From Rebecca billardiae RCC1528 (lineage: Eukaryota; Protista; Haptophyta), in the NCBI GenBank assembly GCA_965240325.2, contig OZ251225.1:2294001-2358000 (forward strand): 64,000 bases of DNA. Direction: 5' to 3'. Positions within the stretch are counted from its first letter, which is position 1. Every line of letters begins with the position of its first letter. A model generated the notes under the pieces. That model was not told where the DNA came from. It ran no database searches and saw only the letters and a program-made list of their open reading frames with translations. Made by a program: the position numbers and the translations under genes. Below are positions 23,601-32,455 of the stretch, in pieces.

Positions 23601-26600
23601 CGGGCGGGCTGCTCCAGCTCGCCAGCCTCGTGCAGGGCGCGTCCGGCTCGAGCGGGCTCGACGACACCACCGCCTCGAACTGCCTCGAGGGCGTCAACTC
23701 TGTCCTCAGCGCCATGGCCCTGCCCAACGGCACGAGTGCCGCGCGCCGCCGCCGCCGCCGCCTATCCTCCGACGGCGCCGGCGCCGGCGCCGACGGCGGC
23801 GCCGCCGCCGACGACACGGCGGATGTTGCCATCGCTCAGACGACGGCCGGGCTCGCCAGCGGGCTGATGGTCGGCGTGCTCCCGGGCGAGTCGGTGCGCG
23901 AGCTGAGCAGCGCGCTCGTCAACGTGAGCGCGCAGCGATCCTTTGCGGACGAGGTGGCCAACTCGACGATCAGCGGGCCCGGCGGGACCGGCTCGGTATC
24001 GCTGCCCTCGTCTGTGTTCGGCGGCGCCGCGGGCGCGCGGGGCGGCGGCGCGCTCGACGCCGGCGTGGACGTGCAGCTCATCTCGCTACAGACCAACGTG
24101 CACGCGGAGCCCGGTGCTGCCAGCGGCGACGAGGGCGGCGCGGCCAGCTCGACGCCGGCGCGCCGCAGGCGGGCCGATGAGGGCGGAGGCGTGGCGCTCG
24201 GCGCGCAGCTCGGCTTGGAGTCGGCGGTTGTGAGTGTCAGGCTGGTGCCGGCAGAGCAGGCGGAGCCGCTGCAGATCCGCGGGCTGGACGAGCCCATCGA
24301 GATCGCGATCCCGCTATCGGGGGGCCTCACGCGCGGCGGCGCGGCGTGCGCCGCCGACGCCGAGTGCGGCGCGCCGGGCGGCCGCTGCAACGCGGCCGTT
24401 GCCGCGTGCAAGTGCGCACCAGGCTTCTCGGGCGCGCGGTGCGACGAGGCGGCCGTGTGCCACTTCTGGTGCGCGCCCGCCGCGGCGCGCGGCGCCCGAA
24501 GCGCGCGCCGCCTCCGAGGGCGCGCCGCAGCGCGCACACGGGATGGCCGTGTGCGACGGCCGCAGCGCGCGCCGCCGCGCTCACGGCCCGCGCTGCCCGC
24601 CGCGCGCCCGTGGCCGCCCGCGCGCAGGAACGAGACGAGCCAGCGCTGGTCCACCGACGGCTGCGAGACGCTCATCAGCGAGCGCACCGGCGAGCTCGTC
24701 TGCGCGTGCGACCATCTCACCGGTGCGCGCGCGATGCTGCGCGCGCGCTCGCGCGCCCGCGGTCCAGCGCGCGCGGCCCGCGGCGCGGCGCGTGCGCACG
24801 TGACGCACCATGCTCCGACTCGGCGCGCACGCGGCCGTCCGCGCAGACTTCGCCGCCGTCGGCGTCGCGGCGAGCTCGCTCGCCGCGGGCGAGGACGCGG
24901 GCACGGTCAGTGTGAACGCGCCCGTCGACGCGAACGACGAGCAGCTGCGCGCCGCCGCCGACTCGGGTGGCGCGGCCGCGGTCGCGGAGGTGGTCGCGCA
25001 GCGGGTCGCCGATAACCTGTGGGGGGTCGGCTGCGTGTGCGGCCTGGTCGGCGTGTACTCGATCCTCTTCGCACTCGCGCACCGCATCGACCGGCACGTG
25101 GAGACCGCGCCGGGCGTCCCGGCGTGGAAGCAGCGCGCCGCGAGCTCGCGCCTCTGGATGTTCGCCAGCTCGATGATTGAGAAGTCGACGCTGAGCGCGT
25201 GGCTGGTGCGAATGCCGGGCGAGCCAATCACGGCCAAGGAGAAGCTGACGGTTCAGGGAAACGTCCTCTTCATGGAGCTGCTCGTGATGGCGCTCTTCCT
25301 CGGGCAGGGCGCGAACCAGGGCGCCGCGCAGGTGCTCGTCGCGGTCGCGGTCGGGCTCGCTGTCGGCTTCCCGTACGAGACGCTCTTCCTCGAGCGGCTG
25401 TGGATGTGGGCTGCCAAACGCAGCAGCCTGCTCGACGAGAGCCACGAAACAAAGCGCGGGCTCGAGCCGCGGCGCCGCGTGAAGCGGCTGAGCGAGCGCC
25501 GCGCGAGCGTCGGCGCGGGGGCCGAGGGCGGCGCGGCCGCGCGCTCGGGCGGGCAGCTGGGCGGGAGGAACGGCGCGCCCGCGCCGCCGCCGCCGCCCGC
25601 GCGCCCGGCCGGCGGGACGGTGCCGGTCCACGCGCCGCCGCTCGAGCGCGTTCGCAGCATGGAGCAGGGCGAGGCCTCGAAGCACCGGCCGAGCCGGCCG
25701 CCGCCGCCCGGCCGCGGGCTCACGCGCAGCGCGTCGGCGCTGAGCCTGCAGACGCGCGGGCTCACGCGCAGCATGACCCGCAGCCTCTCCACCGTGGCGG
25801 TGGGCAAGGTGGACCTTTCGCGCTCGCCCGTGCGGTACGTACGCCCGGTCGCGGTCAGGGTGGTCGACCCGCCGCCGAGCGACGCGCCGCCGGACGGCTC
25901 GGCAACTCTGATGGCTGCCGCGGCGAGCGCGCTCGCCACCCGGCCGGACTTCTCCGTCACGATGCCCGAGCAGGCGCTCCTCGCCATCCAGACTGAGCAC
26001 GGGCTGCTCGTGGGGTTCTTCGTCACTGGCGTCGTGCGCAGCGAGGCGAAGGCTGCGCTGCCGGTGACCAACCGGCCTTCGATTCTGGCGGAGCTGTTCG
26101 GTGGGCGGCTGCGGCCGGACTTCCACCAGGAGGCGCTGGTCGAGGAGCACATCGTGCTGGCAGAGGCGGTGCACCAGCTCCCGGACGTGCGCTTCGTGCA
26201 GGCCGAGGTCGTGTACCGCGCCGAGCCGCGCTCGCACGAGGACGTGCTCGAGACGTATGACGTCAACATCAGAGAAGACAGGCGTGAGCTCGTCAAGATG
26301 GTCACGGCGTCGTACGTGCGCTCGCCGTTCGCCGACGGCCACGCGATCGAGGTGGACGAGGTGGTGGCGGAGCCGAACGTCGCCACCCGCGAGGCGCTCG
26401 CCGCGTACCACAGTGCCGCGCAACACCGCGACCGCGGCGTGCACGCCGCCGCCGCCGGCAGGCGGCAAGACCCGACGTCATCCGACGTGCTCGCGCGCGT
26501 GCGGCTGACGCTGTTCGAGCTGCAGGCCGCGACGTGGTGGGCGAACAAGCCCAAGCCGTGGAAGAGGAGGCTCGTGTGGGCGCTCAACGTCGTGCTGATG

Positions 26601-26900
26601 GCGGTGCTCGCCCTCATCCTCCTCATGTTCACGCTCTTCGGCACGGCGTCCGCAGAGGTGAGCATCCGCGACCCTGCGCTGTGGCGCGACGAGATCATGG
26701 TCGCGTGGGGGTACGAGCTGGTGTTCAAGGTGCTCGTGCTCGAGCCGGTGATGACGCTGCTCACGCTGCTGTTCGACATGCTGCTCAGCGCGCTGCCCGA
26801 GGCGTGGCGCGACTGGGCGTTCGAGGTGTTCATCGAGCCCCTCGTCTACAGATTGCGCAGCCTCGGCGGGGTGTGCGAGGTCCTCTTCGGTGCAGGCTAG
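14687..26900 (+). CDS. Giant polycystin-1/REJ-like cell-surface protein: beta-rich tip domain, (SPPP)n stalk, SEA-like module, IPT/TIG repeats, REJ, EGF, GAIN/GPS, ~5 TM (>=3,976 aa); introns 24469-24627 and 24723-24846; true start may be upstream
   Basis: Spliced GPS motif CHFW|NETSQRWSTDGC...VCACDHLT|DF. REJ hallmarks (MNRSPFGGVLTVSP, ASGWTDDDADDLPLRYQFGY). IPT motifs (VEPVGGPLGGGTRVTLSGEGF). EGF CKCAPGFSGARC. TM segments resemble PKD1 TM1-TM5 (KEKLTVQGNVLFMELLVMALF; LVWALNVVLMAVLALILLMF; LVFKVLVLEPVMTLL). Confidence 0.82.
15241..19140 (+). repeat. Coding 12-bp minisatellite encoding (Ser-Pro-Pro-Pro)n, ~3.9 kb
   Basis: AGCCCGCCGCCG / TCGCCACCGCCG units, with identical 60-mers recurring at periods of 180, 240 and 540 bp. 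Confidence 0.97.
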
Positions 26901-27205
26901 CTGCCCCGCGGCCCCGCGGCCCGGCGGCCCCGCGTGTGTTGCAATATATGACACGTATCGCGCATATATGCATATGTCGATCAATATCGTCAGCTGATGA
27001 CTACTGACGACGAAAACGACAGCAGCGCGTTCAGCGCGGCCTAGCATCGCACGCCGTACGATGACATATCGCAGCAGCAGTACGTAGATGACGTCACTGG
27101 CACCATGCGCTAGACGACGACGCGACAACGTCACTCAGCAGTGACGTGACGACCACTCACGTCGTCTGCTCGTCGTGCTCATTAGTGCGCCGCCGGAACG
27201 CTGCG

Positions 27206-28663
27206 CTAGCTGAGCAGCTCGTGATGATGACGATGATCACGATGATGATGATGATCGTCATCATCACGGTGATGACCGCAGCGCCACCGTGCACACACCG
27301 CCGCCTGACGACGCTCGTCGTCATCAGCGTGGACAGACAGCCGCAACCCCAGCTCGGAGCACGCGATCGATGCCGCCTGCAGAAGCACGAGCTCAAAGGC
27401 GAGCACCACCGGAGAGCCCGCCATCATCGCCTGAGAGGTGGCCCCCAACGCATCGTACATCACGCCAAGGGCATACACGGCGGCCGAGGACACCAGCTGT
27501 TGGCACGCGAACGCGAGGCCCACCGCCGTCGCGGCGAGCGACGGGTGGCGCTGGACGATGAAGCCCTGCGTCTGCACCGCCACTATGCCCCGGGCGATCT
27601 GCGCCAAGGTCAGGAGCGAGGCGAGCGGCACCCATGAGATGCCGCGCGCGTCCGAGAGCCCATACAGAAGCGCAGCCGACGCGTAGGCCACCAAGGCCGC
27701 TGCGAGCCCCGGGCGCTGCGTGCCGTGCTGCCCGAGCGCTGGCACGCGTGCGACCGCCGGGGACAGCTTGGCGCCGCCTGCCGTGCCGACCATGCACACG
27801 GCCATGAGCAGCGAGTAGGTGTGCACGTGGACGCCGAAGAAGCCCAGAAAGGCGTAGGCTGAGCCCGTGGCGAACACAAAGAGCGTGGCCACCTGCACCG
27901 CAGCCGTGAAGACGGTGGCGAGCAGAGCGCCGTCGGTCAGGAGAGTGCGAAAGGCCTTGCCTGCGCCCCCGGGGCCGGGGTCACCGTCATCTGCGGAGGG
28001 CGCAGTCGCGCCGGCCGCGGGGCGCAGCGCACGGCCGAGGGTCCAGGCGCACAGCGCAGCCGTGACCACCCCCATTGCGGCCAGCGCGGCGACGCACGCC
28101 TGCCAGCCGAACGCAGCTTGCAGCTGCGCACCCACCGAGGGCGCGGCCATCGCTCCGAGCTGGCGCAGGGAGAGCATGCTCCCCAGTGCGCGCTGGCGGA
28201 CGATCTCGTCCTTGTACAGGTCGGGCATCAGCGCGAAGCTGGCGATGCCCATGACAGCGGAGCCAGCGCCAAGCCCGACGCAGAGAGCGTGTAGTTGCCA
28301 GAGGGACGTGGTGACGGCCGTGGTGGCGGCGGCCGCAGTGACGTAGAGCAGCAGGGCGCCCGTGAGCACGTGTCCGCGCCCAAACGCATCCGTCAGGAAG
28401 CCGGCGGGCAGAGCACACGTCGCCGAGCCGATCTGCATCAGGCTCACCGTCGCCTGGGCGGCCGCGATCGTGCACGAGAAGTGTGCCGCGATGGCCGGGA
28501 GCGCCGGGGCGAGCAGCTCGACTGAGACGGGCGGCATCGTGTTGAGCATGGCGAGCGCGATGATCTCCGCGAGCGTCTCGTGTCTCGGGCTGCCCGGATG
28601 CGACAATGGCGGCTCTTCCGGCTCAGCCGCCGCCGGGCCCGCGTCAGGAGGGTCGCTCGCCAT
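27206..28663 (-). CDS. MFS transporter, Bcr/CflA (DHA1)-like; intronless
   Basis: ELLAPALPAIAAHF (PALP motif), MFS motif A GFLTDAFGRG, APSVGAQL..AFGWQA; about 12 hydrophobic segments. Confidence 0.85.
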   Translation of the reverse strand: MASDPPDAGPAAAEPEEPPLSHPGSPRHETLAEIIALAMLNTMPPVSVELLAPALPAIAAHFSCTIAAAQATVSLMQIGSATCALPAGFLTDAFGRGHVLTGALLLYVTAAAATTAVTTSLWQLHALCVGLGAGSAVMGIASFALMPDLYKDEIVRQRALGSMLSLRQLGAMAAPSVGAQLQAAFGWQACVAALAAMGVVTAALCAWTLGRALRPAAGATAPSADDGDPGPGGAGKAFRTLLTDGALLATVFTAAVQVATLFVFATGSAYAFLGFFGVHVHTYSLLMAVCMVGTAGGAKLSPAVARVPALGQHGTQRPGLAAALVAYASAALLYGLSDARGISWVPLASLLTLAQIARGIVAVQTQGFIVQRHPSLAATAVGLAFACQQLVSSAAVYALGVMYDALGATSQAMMAGSPVVLAFELVLLQAASIACSELGLRLSVHADDDERRQAAVCARWRCGHHRDDDDHHHHRDHRHHHELLS

Positions 28664-29108
28664 TCAGGCCGGCCGCACGGAGCGCGCTTCCACGTGCTTC
28701 TGCATGCGCTGGAGATTCGTCAACGAACTGTCATTCGCAGCTGTCATTGGAATTTGGGTCGTTACAAAGGCCCGTGGCTGAGGTCGTGATCGGACGATGT
28801 GCTCGCGCTGATCAAGCCCCAGCTCGACGGTAATGTCATAGTATCCGATTTAACATATTTTCAGAGCTGACGACTGCTATGCATGTGCTACTTCCACTGC
28901 ATCATTATAACGATGAATGCATCATGTAGAGTCAAATCTGATGATTTGGCGCCAGGTCCCCGAAGCCGTGAGGCGCCGTCAAAAATAAGCGCGCATGTTA
29001 GTGACGTCGGAGCTGAGTGAGCTGACGACTGCGGCCGGCAAATCCGCATGAGCGTGGCAGCGCCGCCCGGCGGCGCGCAGTGCGGCCCGCGCTCGCGGGC
29101 TCGCCGGT

Positions 29109-31103
29109 TCAGTGTGGCGACGAGGACAATGCGTCCGCGCTCGGCTGCGGCGTGTCTGAAGCTCGCCTCGAGCCGACAGCGGAGCCGCCCTCGGGCGTGT
29201 GGATGGCCGACGCGGCCGACGAGCCGGACGGCGTGACCGCGAGCTTGATCTCCGACTCGAGCACCTCGTGCGCGAGGACCCAGTCGCGCACCTGGTCGTG
29301 CTCGGTGAAGCCCATCCCGCCGCCGTGCTGCAGGCGCACCACCTTGATCCCGAGCGAGCGGATGTCCGCGGCGCTCTCGTCGTCGTCGTCCACGGCGATC
29401 ACGTCATACGGCGGCAGCTCTCGCTTCTCGAGCAGCTTGTGCTGGATGATCGCGCGCTTCGAGTCGCCGTACTTTTGCAGCTCGTCGTGCCCGTACACCC
29501 ACCGGAAGAGCTTGCGCAGCCCGGCGGCGTGCAGCGCGTCCTTCACCAGCCGCGCCGAGTTGTGCGAGACGATTGCCAGCCACACCTCGCGCTCCTTGAG
29601 CCACTGCAGGAACTCGATCAGCTGCGCGCAGCGCACGGGGCCTCCGAAGACGGAGGCGCGCGCGTCCTCCGGCAGGAAGCCGACCTCGTTCGTCGCGAGC
29701 ACCTGGTCGAAGTCGAAGATGGCGAGCAGCTGCGTGCCCACGCGCTTCATCGTGCGCGCCTCGCCGCTCACCCGCGTGGAGCGCGGCCGCAGCTCGCCGC
29801 TCGAGCGCGGGCTCCTGTCGACTGGCGGCGTGAGCATGCCGGGCTGAAAGTGGGTCGGGCTGAGCATCGCGTCGAGCGACGCGCGCGTGCCGAGCGCGTG
29901 CGGCCCGCCCTCGGACGAGCGCTTGAACGAGCCCGAGGGCGAGGCGTCCCGCGCGCTCTTGAACGACGAGCCCGTCGCCGGTGGGTCGTCGTCGTCCCCG
30001 GCGACGATCGTGAGCTCGATGCGCGGCGACGAGGGCTGCGCCGGCTGCGACGAGCCGAGCGCCCGCGCCGGGAGCGGGCCGGCGTTTGGATTCACGGTGA
30101 GCGACGGCGCCGGCGGCATCTGGTGCGACCTGGGCAGCGCGCCCACGCTCTGGTGCCGGTTGAGCGAGCCCGGGCCAATCGCGGCTTTCGCCGAGGGCAC
30201 CGAGGCGCGCTTGGGCTTCGGAGCCGGGCCGATCTCCGTGCTCTCCGCGGTCGCGCCGCGGTCGCCGCCGGCATCGTGCGCGCGCTCAGCGCCCAGCAGC
30301 GCGCACAGCCGCTCATCCGAGCGATCCGCTGTGCTGCGCTCACCGCCGGGCCCACGCGCGCCGGCCTCGCTCGCTCCGCCGGCCGCGCGCGCGCGCTCGG
30401 CACCGACGGCCCACAGGCGCTGCGGCGATCGAGGCGGTGTGCCGCGGTCACCGCCGGCCTCATGCACGCCGCCAGCCTCGCTCGCACCGCCGGCCGCGCG
30501 CGCGCGCTCGGCGCCCGCCGCCCACAGGCGCTGCGGCGATCGAGGCGGTGTGCCGTGGTCACCGCCGGCCTCACGCGCAGCGACAGCCTCCCTCGCACCG
30601 CCGGCCGCGCGTGCGCGCTCGGCGCCCGCCGCCCACAGGCGCTGGGGCGAGCGATCCGACGACGGCTTCGAGGCCGGCGGTGGGGCGGTGGCAAATGACG
30701 CCGGAGAGGGAGCCACCCGCTTGCTGTTGACGCCTGCGCTGTGCAGGGCGCCTAGGCGAGCGGCCACTGTGCCTGGAGGCGGCGGCGCTGCCACCGGCGT
30801 GGGAGCTGCGGCTGCAGCTTCGGCTTTGCCGTCCGGCGGCTGCTTGTGCGCGAGCGACGGCCGCGGAGATGTTGATGGGGGTGTCTCAATCGACGCCGAG
30901 CCGCCAAACGCGCTCACGCGATCGGCCACGCTCAGCCGCGGAGCAGGCTTCGCGGGTTCCTCCGGAGGCGGCGCGCGGGGCGATTCGTACCCGCTCCCTG
31001 ATGCCGCCTTTGTCGGCGTGCTGCGCTTGGCGTCCAGCCCGCTCTGCGCGAGCCGCTCAATGGCTGCTGCGACGTTTGACGATGCAGACTCGACCTTCGC
31101 CAT
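29109..31103 (-). CDS. Protein with a long disordered N-terminus and a C-terminal HAD-superfamily phosphatase-like domain
   Basis: HAD motif I LLAIFDFDQVL, motif II AIVSHNS, Lys in GDSKRAII, motif IV IAVDDDDE. ATG 31103 (MAKVES) preferred; an upstream in-frame ATG at 31409 lies inside the inverted repeat arm. Confidence 0.72.
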   Translation of the reverse strand: MAKVESASSNVAAAIERLAQSGLDAKRSTPTKAASGSGYESPRAPPPEEPAKPAPRLSVADRVSAFGGSASIETPPSTSPRPSLAHKQPPDGKAEAAAAAPTPVAAPPPPGTVAARLGALHSAGVNSKRVAPSPASFATAPPPASKPSSDRSPQRLWAAGAERARAAGGAREAVAAREAGGDHGTPPRSPQRLWAAGAERARAAGGASEAGGVHEAGGDRGTPPRSPQRLWAVGAERARAAGGASEAGARGPGGERSTADRSDERLCALLGAERAHDAGGDRGATAESTEIGPAPKPKRASVPSAKAAIGPGSLNRHQSVGALPRSHQMPPAPSLTVNPNAGPLPARALGSSQPAQPSSPRIELTIVAGDDDDPPATGSSFKSARDASPSGSFKRSSEGGPHALGTRASLDAMLSPTHFQPGMLTPPVDRSPRSSGELRPRSTRVSGEARTMKRVGTQLLAIFDFDQVLATNEVGFLPEDARASVFGGPVRCAQLIEFLQWLKEREVWLAIVSHNSARLVKDALHAAGLRKLFRWVYGHDELQKYGDSKRAIIQHKLLEKRELPPYDVIAVDDDDESAADIRSLGIKVVRLQHGGGMGFTEHDQVRDWVLAHEVLESEIKLAVTPSGSSAASAIHTPEGGSAVGSRRASDTPQPSADALSSSPH
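30250..30655 (-). repeat. Coding 111-bp (37-aa) tandem repeat, ~3.5 copies
   Basis: RSPQRLWA(A/V)GAERARAAGGA(R/S)EA...GGD.GTPP repeated; period 111 bp (30421 vs 30532). Confidence 0.9.
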
Positions 31104-31209
31104 GGGCACGCGTGGAGCGCGGTGGCGAGCACGCGAGCGGGCGCAAGGGGTGCCTTCTCGCCGAGGGCTGATGGGCTGCGGTGGGCGAGTTCTCGCGCGG
31201 GTGGCTTCA

Positions 31210-32329
31210 CTGCAGCCAAGGGAGGTCCGGGCCGGGAGCTCCCAGCGAGCGGCCAGCGCGACGTCACTCCGAAGTTTTCCCTGAGCGCCGGGCGGCGGCG
31301 GCGGCGAGGGCGAGTGCTCCGCTGGCGGGGCGCGCACGGGGCACGGCGCAGCGGGCGCGGATGTGCCCGCAGAGCCGGCGCGTGCGGACGGGCTGTTGCG
31401 AGAGAGCATCTGGTGCCCTCCTGCGCCGCGCGTCTTGCGCCACGCCTCTTTCGCCTCGGCTCAGGGCAGCGCGCACGTGCGCGCCGCCTCAAGGCCATCC
31501 TTGCCTGCGCCGCAGCCGACCGCGCGCGCGCCGTGCGCGGCGTGGTCGGGAAGGAACGGGCGCTGCTTCCGGGCGAGATGGCGACACCATACGCGCACGC
31601 CATGCCGCCCCGCCACGCCTTGACGACCGTGTCGTTGGTCCGTTTGCATGCCTCTTTGACTTGTCACAAATGGCGTGCACAGCCTCGCGGTAGTGACCCT
31701 TGTCAGGACGATCATTGAGACGCAGAACAGTGCCAGGCGGGCGCGCGGGCTACTCTTACATGTATGTGAATCACCGCATGATCATGTAGAAGTGCTGGAT
31801 GCGACGCTTTCCTCGCGCTGATGCTCTTTCATCATCTTCTTCGAGCTCAGGTCTGGCTTGGCACGACAAGCGATCAGCACTCGTCAACAGCTGTGCAGAT
31901 CTATTGCCGTGCCCTGTCGCGGCATCGCGGGGCGGCATGGCGTGCGCGTATGGTGTCGCCATCTCACCCGGCAGCAGCGCCCGTTCCTTCCGGACCACGC
32001 CGCGCACGGCGCGCGCGCGGTCGGCTGCGGCGCAGGCAAGGATGGCCTTGAGGCGGCGCGCACGTGCGCGCTGCCCTGAGCCGAGGCGAAAGAGGCGTGG
32101 CGCAAGACGCGCGGCGCAGGAGGGCACCATATGCTCTCTCGCAACAGCCCGTCCGCACGCGCCGGCTCTGCGGGCACATCCGCGCCCGCTGCGCCGTGCC
32201 CCGTGCGCGCCCCGCCAGCGGAGCACTCGCCCTCGCCGCCGCCGCCGCCCGGCGCTCAGGGAAAACTTCGGAGTGACGTCGCGCTGGCCGCTCGCTGGGA
32301 GCTCCCGGCCCGGACCTCCCTTGCTGCAG
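31210..32329. repeat. Long near-perfect inverted repeat: arms ~31210-31619 and ~31921-32329, spacer ~300 bp
   Basis: The arms are reverse complements with a handful of mismatches and one 1-bp indel. ORFs 29109..31409(-) and 32131..32553(+) start with the same 64 aa. Confidence 0.97.
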
Positions 32330-32455
32330 CACTCCTCCAACCGGAAATCTCCAGCCTGCAAGGGCCAGTGACGAAGCACAAACCGAGCCACCGGACCAAC
32401 GCCCTTGCCCCGCGGGGCGGCGCCCTTCCGCCTTCGTTCACAGCAGCTCACGAGA

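Noticed and set aside
28930-29030. TGATGA...CTGA as a C/D-box snoRNA
   Set aside because: No terminal stem or identifiable guide; such motifs are frequent in these intergenic tracts.
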